From positions 310,001 through 374,000 of the forward strand of contig NW_020846941.1 in the NCBI RefSeq assembly GCF_003704095.1: a stretch of 64,000 bases of DNA, read 5' to 3'. Positions 43,543 to 55,900 of the stretch are shown one piece after another. A program made the position numbers and the translations under genes. The stretch's first letter is position 1. Every line of letters starts with the position of its first letter. The DNA is from Pocillopora damicornis (taxonomy: Eukaryota). The notes below the pieces were generated by a model. The model ran no database searches and was not told the DNA's origin. It saw nothing but the letters and a program-made list of their open reading frames with translations.

Positions 43543-45514
43543 TTTTATTATCTCTTCTGTTGATTTCTAAAAAGCAGATAAAAAAAAGAAAGTCAGTATT
43601 TCTGTTTGACTATTGTAGGAATACTGCTCCTATTTCAAAATTAATTAACTTTCCAGAAATGTTTATGAATGCGAGAGAAAAATAAAACTCTCTCAAGTTA
43701 AGTTGTCTGTTGTGTACATTTTAGCCCCAGTCTAGAGTCTGAAGCTTAACAGAGTGACACTTCCTGCAAAAGCAAGATTTACCAAAAATATAAGACCCCT
43801 ACAGTTTTTTGTCAATCCTAATTCAAACAAATGTAAACCATTCTTGAGACTTAGTATATAATTAAAATCTTCAATATACAAATTACATGACTTGTTGGAA
43901 CTTCTATCTTTTTTAAGAGGTTTACTGTCGTACTGAGTAAACTTCAAAGACCCCAGCTTATAAGACCACTCAAGGCAGCTCTCTTTCTTTCAAGGGTCTA
44001 CGAAAATATCTATAAAACTGAGAAATATATTCAAGAAAATTACCTAACTCGTCTGAGGATGTGTATGCTCAAAGTCCATCTTAGGTCATTGTCTACAATT
44101 CTGTGTTTTATTGTTTTTACAAATTAAAGTTGTCCACCTTAGAATAACTAAGCTTCTATGTTAAAATCAAAAGTGGAATTCTCGCATGTAAATTTGTGTT
44201 TATCCTTTGCCCAGCACGAAAGAATGAAATTGAAAGCTATCAGGTAAGTTTCCTTGACACCCACTAAACATATACAAAATAAACTATAATAATAACGCTT
44301 CATCATACCATACCACTGTTGGACATGTTGGCAAAAAAGTGTTTCCAAGATTTAGATCGAATAAATAAACAGCAAAACTGAATCAAAGAGTGAATGTTAA
44401 AGTTCGGTGATGAACCGTGTCAGCCTGTAGACAGATACTTCTTCAACCGGTATGTGTCGATTAAGAATAATTGTTTTGAGGAAAGGTGTGATAAATAGGA
44501 GCTTTTGTGACATGTCTTCAAACGATGAAATGCATTTCCATCCACGCCTATACCACTAAATCTACAACGTCTCACTGGAATGCCCGGGAATCGGATCTGA
44601 GCGTAATGACACATAAACAAAACCGGAACACAACAAAGACTTCCCAGACAAAGCACAAAGGTACATCCATCGTAATCATGATCAGATATCAAAATTGTTC
44701 CGGCGAGGCTTTCACGCTCACCGTATTAATTCACTAACCTGGTTCACATGAATTTAAAATCAATCCTTCATACAAAGTCTGTTCACCAGATAGTGTGCAT
44801 TTAGTCATCTTTACTCACCTCAATTGACTAGTGGAACGGGAAATATGGCGCCCGCACCAGCCCACAAATTACAGGTCGCAATCGACCGGAAAAGGTTGGC
44901 GTAATCCCAAAGTTTGAAACGGATTTACACATTCAAGACAAACCAAATTTAGAATTTTTTAACCAAAATTGCTCTTTATGACGTAGATGACTTCCTATTG
45001 ACGTAAACCAACCATTAAAGTAAAACTTTTGCTCGCTCTTCACCTTCTCCAGCCCCTTCACTTCCTCTTTCCCACGAGACATCAGTGAACTGCTGACCAG
45101 AAACTATGACGCATAAAAAAGCGGCTCACACCCCGCAACCTCCCAGTTTTTAAACCCCAGATTGATTCCGCAAAGCAATCAGAATTTCCCACATATTTGT
45201 AATGGTAGGGGTTTGAAAAGTTAAAAGAGTTAAATAAAATTAGTCGGAAAGAAACAAAGATACATAAAAGCGTGCACGAAGCCCGTTTCTTGAGGATGCA
45301 AACAATGACCATGAAAGCAACGACTCGAGGAGTGTTTTGAGTCGATGTCGTTTAAAATTGCAAGATTTTTCCCTAAAAGTATGTTATATTGTTCTATATG
45401 CTCAAAATTTTCTACCTATCGCTGTTTTTTTTAAAAGTGTTTTATTAAAAACCCTTTGCTTCTAGCTAGCACAAAAATATATCTCGAACCGACCGTGGTA
45501 CGGCCATAAACGGG

Positions 45515-45822
45515 GTAAGTAAGTAAGTGACTTTATTTAATCAGGGTAGCTTATTCAGCAACGAGGCTGGTATCCATAGGGGCCCTGGGGAATCAAGATA
45601 TGTACAATTTATAAAATTTAAAAAAATAAGTACAATTTAAAAATTTAAAATTAGAGTGAAAATTATAAAAACTCTAAAGAACATTTAAAAGGCTAAAAAA
45701 ATTCAAATATGATAAAATGTTTATAGATTTCCAGAGGATAAAGATTACAACTAAAAGTGTATTATTATCAAACTTTTGAAATTACTCAAGGAGGGGGCAC
45801 TCTTAATACAAGCGGGTATTGC
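45515..45822 (-). mobile_element. Severely 5'-truncated L2/CR1-clade LINE 3' end
   Basis: Minus strand encodes AIPACIKSAPSLSNFKSLI (typical ORF2 C-terminus), then a T-rich 3'UTR, AATAAA and a (CTTA)n tail. gtaagta occurs at both borders. Confidence 0.6.
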
Positions 45823-46609
45823 GTAAGTAGTGGGGGTAAGATTGACCCATCATCTCTTTGGCAAGCATGATGACCTATCTTTTTCATCGTAGTTTTCGAA
45901 ACAGAGATTTGTAGGGAATACTCAAGGAAAGTTTGAAAAAAATCAGATTACTTAAAACAGAGACACTCTACGACAGTCAGCAGTCATCACAGTCTGTTAC
46001 GGTCCATCAGTTTTCCATGTTCTTTTCGGTTTGCAACTCTTTTTGCTTCTCTTGCTTCCACCCTATCCGCTCATTGGGTCAAAAATGGGAAATTGGAATC
46101 TAGAAGCTCAAATAAACTTATCATTTCCCCCTTTCTAGTAAAACGCCTTCATTCTGATCAGCTAAGAGAAACACAGCTTACAATAACACATCGCAGATGA
46201 GACCTACTTCAGGGCAAAAAAGGGTGATAAACTGTTTCTCCGGGATTTGAATTTTGAATTTTTTATTAGCCTAAAAGCTAATAAAAACGTTCAGAAAACG
46301 GTGATTTTGATCTAATGTCGTTGTTTCGACTAAACACACAATGACATTTGCAACGTGCTTGTACGTAGCCGATGAAAACGGCCGAAATAATTTGGACGTT
46401 AGGCGTAAAAATTGACGAATCGTAAAAATAGTTAAAAGTAAAAAGTGAACCGAAGTGGAGGTGGCTAGTGGCCGATTTTACCGACTCGGGTCAGCCAGCC
46501 CTCACATCTTTAACCCTAGTGGACCCGGGTAAGTATCCGAGTTGTCATCACGACCTGAAGAGTTACGAAACCATTGCACAATAACAAACCTCTACACTGT
46601 AAACACTTT

Positions 46610-47882
46610 AAACAGTGGGTGAGGGTGGGGACGGTGCTGTCCCCAACAATACAGCTGAATGGCGGAATTCCCCAAGGAACTAAATTGGCCCCTATCTTGT
46701 TTTGTATTCTTGTGAACAGTATGGCCTTTAATTGTAAAAATAGAGTTAAATATGTAGATGACGCTACAGTTATGGAGTTTGTCCCTAGGCTTTCTCCTTC
46801 ATACTTAAATTTTACTGTGTCCGAAATTTACTCGTTTGCTTTCTCTAGGGGAATGGTTCTCAGCAGCAAGAAGTGCAAAGAAATGTGCATTACGTTTTTA
46901 CAGTATTGCCCATTTTCGCCACCCCCTTTAGCTGTTGGTAATTCTATAATAGAAAAGGTTTCCTGTTACAAGTTGTTGGGGGTACACTTATAAGATAACT
47001 TAACGTGGAACGAGCATGTATTTCGTATTGTAAAGAAAGGAAACAAGAGGATATATGCAATACGTGCTCTTAAGAAGTGTGGTTTAACTGATGGGCAGCT
47101 TATCTTGGTCTACTGTAGCATCATCAGATCTGTCTTGGAGTATGCAAGTCCTGTATGGGCTGGCCTCACGCAGTACTTGAGTGATCAAATTGAGTCGGTT
47201 CAAAAGAGGGCTCTAAAAATCATTTTCCCGTTTATGAGTTATGAGGACGCGCTTAAGAAGTCAGGCTTAATTAATCTATGCCAGAGTAGGGAGGATGTGT
47301 GCGTCACTTTCCTTAAGCGGAGTTACTACTCTTCTGACCTACTACGAAATTTAGTGCCGCGATGTCAATTTTCAAGACCATATGCCCTTAGGGCAGGAAG
47401 AACTGTGTCTGTACCTGCCTCCTCAAGATCTATTAGATTTGGAAATTTTTGTACTATTAAATATCAGAATCATGTGTAATATACTTAACTGCAATTTATC
47501 TTATTACTTATAGTATTTAATGTTTACACAATATTTAATATTTATATTTAATTGATATCTAAAATATATCTTTTTTTTTTTTTTTTTTTAATAATTTTGT
47601 ATGCATAATGTAGAAGTATTTGTAAATTATGACCCGCCTTGTAATTCAGTTTCTACTGCACAACATGTCCTCCTCACCTAAATTATCTGATATCAATAAT
47701 TGCTAATATCAACTGTTNNNNNNNNNNNNNNNNNNNNNNNNNNNNNNNNNNNNNNNNNNNNNNNNNNNNNNNNNNNNNNNNNNNNNNNNNNNNNNNNNNN
47801 NNNNNNNNNNNNNNNNNCAATTATTGATATCAGATAATTTAGGGGTGGAGGACATGTTGTACTGCAAGAAGGCTGAATAAAC
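46610..47882 (+). mobile_element. 5'-truncated non-LTR retrotransposon (RT C-terminal half, one in-frame stop), with 3'UTR interrupted by a TIR element
   Basis: GIPQGTKLAPILF, KYVDD, KLLGVHL*DNLTWNEH, IRSVLEYASPVW, IESVQKRAL. ORFs 46574 and 47105 are in the same frame. The 3'UTR ends ctgaataaac. Confidence 0.9.
47661..47859. mobile_element. DNA transposon/MITE with TIRs of at least 42 bp and a 7-bp TSD; interior lies in an assembly gap
   Basis: CAACATGTCCTCC..TAAATTATCTGATATCAATAATTG is inverted at both ends (2 mismatches). TACTGCA is duplicated at 47654-47660 and 47860-47866. Confidence 0.85.
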
Positions 47883-47931
47883 GATCAACAACACTGGAAC
47901 AAACCCTCTCAGCACCTTCTCGCTGGACGAA

Positions 47932-49771
47932 ATGGAGACAAAAGTAGCTAATTTACCACTTATGGATATGACAAGGGCAAAGACTGATCGTGAAGCGTTT
48001 GCCAAAGATCTTGTTAAAGTCATGAGTACGATTGGCTTCCTTCTTCTCGAGAATGTCGAGGGAGTCGATCCGGATGGTCTGATGGGAGCGTGCAAGTGGT
48101 TCTTTACCCAGCCGCTGGAAAAGAAATTTGAGGTAACAAGGAAGAAGTGGAATAAAAGCTGCAAGAACGTGTACAGGGGATATTTTCCGACCGGAGAAGA
48201 CCCTAACAATTCGAGTCATAAAGAAGCTTTCGAATGCGGCGTTACGCTTCCGCTAGACGACCCCGACGTATTGAATGGTAACAGGCTGTATGAAAACCCC
48301 CAGTGGCCGATCGAAGAAGGCATTCCGTTCAAGGAAATTGTAACAACTTATTTCAAAGCGATGCACCGAGCAGCTGTAGACTTGATCCGTCTCCTGGCTC
48401 TTGGTTTGGGTTTTGATGAGCACTGTTTTGATGATATGATCGTAAAGAAGCCGTTGTCAACTCTCAGACTTCTGCACTATCCCCCTCGCGGAGGTATGCC
48501 TAGGTAGAGACCAAAATGTTGGCTAGACGGTTTTAACCCTTTAACTTCCGTGAGAGAGCACGACAGGTTTTTTTACCCTAGAATATCAATACAATATCAA
48601 GCAGACTAGCCTCCTCCCACCCCCCGTGCAACCCACGAGCATTTGACTGTCATCCGTGTCCAGGGGGTGGGAAATTTGAACTTTCCCTGGCGGGGGTGGG
48701 GAATTTTTAACCAGAAGTGTCAAGTCTTTCCAGTAGAACACAAGTATCATATCTTTTCATATCTTTAAAGATGGAAGTGTCTAAAGACAAGGAGTTCATT
48801 TTTTCAAGCAAATAGCTCAGAAGAAAAGGTTGTCCAGGTCTAGGTTTTAAAGCTTGGTTACTTATTAGGAAGGCTGGGTTTCTGATTTTGCCTTTTATTA
48901 AAACATTGGGCTGTATATTTGAACACAACTTTGGTCCCAGGTGGCAGGAATCTGAACAAACTAATCTTCAGAAGGTCAACTGCCCTGGAAAGGTTGCCAG
49001 GAGGGGGAGATTTTGAAGCTTCAAAACACATGATTTTTTAATGGATGCCTATGGGAAGGGGAAGGTACCATTTTTGGCAGATGAGGGATCGTTTTTATCT
49101 TATATACCACAAATCGGTACAATAGTTGTGGTCACACTACAGACTTTAATTATGTAGAAATAAGTATTTGGTAACTTATGATGTTTAATTGATGTTCAAG
49201 GACATGCCATTAGTTAGGGTGCACAGAGCACTAGGTACTCCTTTGCTACCATACATTTTTGACTCCATCCCACCACTCATTTAGTGTGTTAATTCCAAAT
49301 ATTAATAGCAATAATTTACTTTCTCTAGATGCCATTCCCAACACCTGCATATCAAGTGATGGTAAGATTTTGACATGCGATGATCACCACGACACAGGTT
49401 TGATAACTCTTTTGGAAACATTCAACAATGGAGGCTTAGAGGTCATTGGGGAAGGTGGTGAGTGGATGGCAGTTGAGCCCAGACCTGGAACTCTGGTTGT
49501 TAATATTGGAGATCTTCTGGTCCAGTTTTGTGGAGGTCATCTAAAGGCTACACGTCATCGTGTTGTGGATATTGGAGTTGACCGATACTCTGTGCCTTTT
49601 TTTATGGAACCCAGTTACCACACTGACATAAACAGGTCTCCAGTTCTTAAGCCTCCCCCTGAGGGTACCCCTGTGCAAAAATATGGTCATTGGATGATTG
49701 AAACCATCAAACGCAAGAAGTTCATTGAATATGAAGGGTTGGATACCTCATTTAATTGGCATGAAATATAA
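47932..49771 (+). CDS. Isopenicillin-N-synthase-like 2-oxoglutarate/Fe(II) oxygenase (DIOX_N + 2OG-FeII_Oxy), 334 aa; exons 47932-48493 and 49329-49771
   Basis: IGFLLLENVEGV, FFTQPLEKK, YRGYF, LRLLHYPP, H-x-D (HHD), VVNIGDLL, HRV, RYS. Phase-1 junction GGAG|gt..tag|AT. Confidence 0.92.
48609..49025. repeat. Interspersed repeat (MITE-like) in the oxygenase intron
   Basis: GC-rich ends with partial inverted similarity (gcatttgact / ggtcaactgcc). Preceded by a truncated TTAA-CCCTT MITE at about 48533. Confidence 0.4.
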
Positions 49772-51562
49772 TTAACTGTCATGATTGTGCCCTGGCTAAG
49801 GATATTTAGAGACATTTGTATCACTGCATAATGTCAAGGAAGCATTTACAATGTTCATAAATTCAAACATTGATTTCATTTAATTAGAATGGATTTCATA
49901 ATAATACTACATGGGAAATTAATTTTTTAAATTAATTGGTTCAGAAACTCATTACTAAGCGCAAAAATGTGGTACATGAACCAACTAGGATAGAGTCCAG
50001 GAATGAGGTTTGATCACATGAAAATAGACATTTTCTTGTTTCAGTGTAAGAGTATGAATAAGAGAGGGTGATGAATCATGGTTATGACTACATTTCTATT
50101 CAAGCGTAATGAGTTATATGCCAGTTGATTATGCAATTAAGCTCAAACCACATTTCTTTACCTATATGCCAAAAGTTCTGACTGTTTTGAGTACAGGGAA
50201 AAAAAATCAAATGCACTCTGTCTGGAATTTTTTTTATAGGAACTGCATGATGTGCTCCCCAGCATCTATCACAAATTAGTGGTCAAAAATCTAAGAATTT
50301 CAAAATGTTTCCAATTTAAATAATATTTTTATACCAGAACCTTTAATGTGATGATTGTAAGGCATACAGAAAATTCATGACAGTGTAATTTAGTGTTTAA
50401 TTTGTTTGTAAAGCACTGTCTGTAGACTTATCACAACAACTGAGTGAGTAGCAAATTACAATGATCATTTTTTCAAAATCTTCTGGAGTTCCACATGTAA
50501 CAATCTACTAGTCAAGAGTATATGAACTTGTAAGTCTGGTATTCATTCCTTCTCTTCTGAGGAAGAACAGCCAGGGTTCATTTCCCTATCAGCTGCTGGC
50601 TATGGAGCCTAGATTTGGTCATCCCTTTTGGAGAGGAGACAAAAACATTAATGGAGAAAAAATTTTTTTGTTTCTTTTCTTATGACCATGTCTGTTTGTG
50701 TTTGATTCATAGAAACAGAGCATCTTGCATGTAAAAGAGGCATGAATGCCCATCAACACACTTTGAATATTAAATGATACCTACAATGAAGGATGATATA
50801 GGCCGGACTCAAAATTTTCTTAGACAAATGATTCAGTAGGGGAAGAGTTGGCAAAGAAGCTGTTGCTGCGTCGGTAGAGGGGTATAACGAGATAATATGG
50901 TTTTATCAACTGAGGTGATAATATCAGTTGGCCAAGGTCAAGAGTTTCCAAAGCTGACAAAGGGCCAACGCGCAAATCGTCAGCTTTAGAGCGTTATAGA
51001 GTGTTAGAGCGTACCAGCTGGGTTGATAATGTAAATTGGCTACTATAAAGAGTCTCTAAAAGCTGATTTTTCGAGCTTTAACCATTCGCTTACCCCCTTT
51101 AACGTAGCCAGTTACCCTGCTAAATATTCGTTCTTTCCGTGTTTTCCCTTGTCTCATTCTGCTTTTTTCTTTGGTGTCGGGAATTGTTCATGTTAGTCAT
51201 GTAAGCAGAAGAGCAAACGTTTCACTATCATGATATAAACCTATATGCCTACAATGGAGGAATAATTCAGGGGATCTTGATTTTGTTGAAGAGTTACGTT
51301 ACCTCTTATACCGTGGATGTTACTGGCTCTGTTCAAACGTCAGTGTCCATGAATTAAAATAATTTGTTAAGAAGGGTATGTTAGAAATACCAAGAGAAGA
51401 AGCGTGATCGATCACTAAAAGGGGGTTGCGATCTAAGGCCATCTCTAAGCCGTTTTATATCCGGCGGAAGACTGAAGGAGCTTCACTGGAGTTCTGTATG
51501 ATTGCGCATGACCAAAGGTACGCTCTTTCTATTAATATCCTATTGCTCCCCTTACTATTTCC

Positions 51563-51699
51563 GGGTGCGATTATGGCTCAACGATAGTGAGCTGGACGCC
51601 GGCTCTAGAGGAACCGGTTTCGAGCCCTGTCCGAGGCCATCCGGTGATCGTAGAAAGAGGCCGATCACAGGATTATTCTTACGTCCTCTTTTTTTTTTT
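51563..51699 (+). ncRNA. tRNA-derived Pol III-type unit (SINE head or small ncRNA) with downstream hairpin and oligo-T
   Basis: A-box-like TGGCTCAACGATAG and B-box-like GGTTTCGAGCCC, then hairpin TCCGGTGATCG..CGATCACAGGA, then a T11 run. Confidence 0.45.
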
Positions 51700-52164
51700 A
51701 CAGTTGTATCATTTTCCTTTCCTCTAGATGTTTTATTCCGGTTTGCCCATCGTGCGTCCAGATAGCCTATTCAAAATTCTGTGTAAGCGTTGTTTCCAGC
51801 ATCGATTCCGGTCTCCAAGATAGAATACTATTACCTCGTACACTCAAATTATTCAGCGCCAGCTTTCACTTTCAAATCAGATGCAACAAGAGAAGCCAAC
51901 AATTTCAGACACTCTCTGAAGTTTATTTTTCTTTTTGCATGTAACAGAGACTTCTACTTTGAAAATGAGGCATAAACTTCAGGCTAAGAATCCCTACATC
52001 AGGAACAGTATCTTTTTGAAATAAAATTTACAACTTTCCTGACCTAATGTTTTAATTTAAAGGCTCATCAAATGGCCAAGAGAAGCTTTCTTAACCCTTC
52101 AAAATGGCTCCCCTCATCTCAGAAAATTCCCTAATTGTTCAAGTCGTCTAAAAAAATCTCGAGA

Positions 52165-52940
52165 TTTGGGTACTCTCACAGCTTCACTAACAATTAGAAT
52201 GAACAGCACTCAGGTGAGCCAGGTTACTTCTACAAAATCGCTTGGTGTGATTATAGACGATAGGCTCGATTGGCATAGTCACATCGAAAAATTAACAAAA
52301 AAGATTGCCTCTGGTATCGGGTGCCTAAAGCGAGTCAGGCATCTGATCCCAGCATCGACCTTACATCTGCTTTACCAAGCTTTAGTAAAACCTCACTTTG
52401 ATTACTGTGACATTGTCTGGGGTAGCTGTGGGATAACGCTACGAGATAAGCTGCAGAAATTACAGATTAGAGCAGCCCGTGTTTTGACATTTTCCAGCTA
52501 TGATGCCGATGCAACTAAGCTACTTGAATTTTTAAGTTGGAAAAATCTGACAAGCCAGCAGGAAATTCATAGAGTTACCATGGTTTTCAAATGTCTGCAC
52601 AGGCTAGCTCCTGAATATCTTAATTCTAAGTTTAGATGGCTTAACTCTGCTTATGACCTCAGGGACTCTGAAAATAAACTCAATGTTCCTCTACCTCGCA
52701 CTAACTATTATCGAAAAAGCTTTAGCTATAGTGGAGCCACATTATGGAATAGTCTTCCATGTGATATAAGGAACACAGAGTCTCTGGGGTTATTTAAACG
52801 CAAGATCAATGCCACTCTATAACGCACGGCATTCACGGAAAACAGCTTTTAGTTATTAGTTAGTGTTTTAATTTTTAAATAGTTTTAGTTAATGTAATTG
52901 CTGATGAATTGTTTCGTGCTTAAATAAAGATTATACTATA
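52165..52940 (+). mobile_element. 5'-truncated L2/CR1-like LINE 3' fragment
   Basis: KSLGVIIDDRLDWHSHI, LYQALVKPHFDYCDIVW, SFSYSGATLWNSLP..FK. 3'UTR with AATAAA and a (TATAC) tail; possible CGAGA TSD at 52160-52164 and 52941-52945. Confidence 0.9.
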
Positions 52941-55900
52941 CGAGACGGTCGGTTACATTTTATAGAGACACTGTATTGACTATCACGAGCGAGTAAGGAC
53001 CCGGGCGATCGTAACTTAATTGTTTTCCATTTTGACCGATCATGAACTCGTATCGAGTGCAATAAATGCAAAGAAACGAGGAGATATCAACTATAGATAT
53101 TCTCTTGAAAGAAATATATCCCGGCGCAGATCAATCAAACTGTTATCAGGGCTTCCAGTGGTATTTCTACCGAAGTAAGCTGGAAACAAGATTTAAATAC
53201 TTGTACCAAATATCGTAACATCTTTCTTGCGTCAGAAACTGAATGTCTTAATTTTTGTGTATATACAATCAGCAATGTTAACAATCGTTCCATTGTGTTT
53301 CTACAGGAGTGCAGGCTTTGTGAGTTCGACATTACAAACGCGGTCAAGAGATGGCTCGGTGGTTCGTGCAACCAATAAGCCGAACCCTAGAGGGGGCATT
53401 CGTTTTGCTGGAAATGCCTATCCTAATGTAAAAAAAGCATACACTCGTCATCTTCCTTTGATTCTACTGACTGACAAGCAAGCTATCACGCTTTGCTACT
53501 CCTTATGAAGCAGAGAGTAGGGGTAGAGTTTAGTGTCTTGAAAGAGAATTTTGTATCAGCATTTTGAGAATTTAATTGAAATGAGTATGAGGACATAAAA
53601 CTGTTGGCGTTGTCTCTTGAAAGGAGGGGCTTGTCATGAACGCAAAATAACAAATGACAAATTTACAACTCACATTGAGAGCCTCACTGTAAACCGGCCG
53701 CCCTGGCGACAGCTAGGCCAGTTTGTTTCGCTCGTTAATTATTATTATTATCATTAATTCTGGCTCGTCCAACTCTTAGATTTCATCATTTTATGCTGCT
53801 CTAGATCATCATTTTCAAGACTTTTTTCGGTTTTGATGCAAATTATGGCCTTTTTCTCGGTATTTGATCAAGAGGCTCTAATGCCCCACTGTCTGAGTCT
53901 GTTCCACACTTGTTACTCACGTGCTATAATCCGGCCATGATCACGTGCTCCAGCAAATGACAACTTCCCTTCCTTCTGAAACCACAAGACATAAACACGA
54001 GCTTGCCCTATGATCAATAACAGACCATTGAAACTGAATTAAAAAAGGAAAAAGCTGGAACCAATACAGAAAAATGTGTTTGCAAAACCAGTATTACGGG
54101 AAGCAGTTTTAACCTTGCTCCCTTCTTTTCAACATTTTCAGTGTTTTGTCCACCAGTTCCCTGTCATATGGTTATTCAAAATTAAAGAACACCGATCGAG
54201 ACTCGAGAGAAACAAAATGAAGAGATTAAATATCTTAGACATTCACACCCAATTACGTTACGGTCTGGTAGAATTGTACCTAAATTTACTCTGCCATTTG
54301 ATCCAATTTTCCTTGCATAGTGCATGTGCTGTTGGTTAGAGAAAAATGAATCTCCATCGACACAATGGAAATAAAATTTCGTCGTAACACCGAATAAGTG
54401 CGTATGTTCATCGCTGATGACTGACGCCCAGATAAAAATATGACAATTTTTGTGACACAGCCAAGTGCTCCAGCTAGCGCCATTAACTTTCACAAAACGA
54501 CTAGATTACGAAATACATTTATTCCAATTCGTATAAGTACGTAACAAATGCATGATTCTTTGGCTAACTACAGACCTCACTCAGTTGTTTAAAAGGCATA
54601 ATTTGAAACGCAAAAGGTGCGTTTTTTTTAGTAATTGTTGACATGAGACGAACAAAATCTATGAGGGTTATGAATAAAGCTCTGAAAATTGCATATCTAA
54701 ATTACACCTCGGTCTGAATATCTCAATAAAGTTAAATGTAAAGTTAATCGACGCATTTGTGATATTTTTAAGCCTTCATGGGCCGTTTGAAACGTCTTTT
54801 TATGAAACTACATTTGGTCGGAGGCCGTCGACAGAAGAAAGTGAGACCCAGATTCATAAACGGTCACAAAACTGCTGATCGGATCCTTTTTTATGCCAAC
54901 CTGTTTAAATGCCAAACTAAATAGCTAAGACAATAATAATTTGTTTAAAAAGGCGTTAATTGAAACGTAGAATGGTTGATCGCTTGAAGTGGGATAAAAA
55001 TAAACCATCCTCGCGGCGTTTTAGTAAAGAGACGCCATGTTTGATCTTATTTCACATTACGTGCTCTTTGTTTTTCTTTATTCAAATCTTTATATCCTTT
55101 GTAAGTGAATGATAATCAGCGCTCTAGCAATTTGCCCAATGCAAATATTACTAAAGCCCACATGAGTACATCAAATCGTGAACGGAGCAAATAAACAATG
55201 ATTAATTGATTGATTTAAATCATCAAAGCAGATCGCTTGAAACAGCTATGATATAGACTAGGCTCGTCGGTCAAGCGGATCGCACGTATATTATTAAGAG
55301 TCGAAATCATTCCCTTCTTCCTTATGTGCCGAGAAAGAGGTTAATTCAGAAGGTCAGATAGGGTAAACTGCATTGCTTTCCATGAATGGAAAATGAAACT
55401 TATCTGAGCTTTTTAATAAAGAAGGAGAACGGAAATCCCAAAATCGTGATGCATTCTCCCTGACTGAGGTCTATTCATTAAGGGCCACATTTGGCAGCGC
55501 CTCTAAAGGTGAAAGTGAAAATTCAGGATGTGGTTAAATCCTGAGCATGCAGGCAAAATTCAGAGACTAAGAAGAAAAGGAAAAAGAAAGAAGCAAAGAA
55601 AGGGAGAGACCGAAAAGAAGTGAGAAAAAATATGGGCTTTTATCAGATACGTTATAGCTTGACCTCTTTTTTGTACTCGGTGGTTTCTTATAAACGTGCT
55701 CAGCCATCGATAGCGGATCGTTCTTTTCTCTAATTCTCCAGCCACTGTCATTTCCTTTATAGTTTTACTTCCTGTTGCATTGGTGTATGTTTCCATTGAC
55801 TTGGATCAATGATTCTTTCTTAACAGATAATGAAAATAACAACATTTTTTCAACGGGAAAAGCACTTACAGATCACCAAACCGCTAAACTAAATTTTTTA

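Noticed and set aside
46991-46993. In-frame stop in the RT ORF as possible readthrough or recoding
   Set aside because: It is a TAA in a 5'-truncated LINE copy; simple decay explains it.
51563-51640. Functional tRNA gene
   Set aside because: Acceptor and anticodon stems do not pair properly, so it is treated as tRNA-derived instead.
53135-54493. Short ORFs with somewhat coding-like composition
   Set aside because: No recognisable domain or consistent splice pattern. It may be a decayed element, but I cannot support a call.
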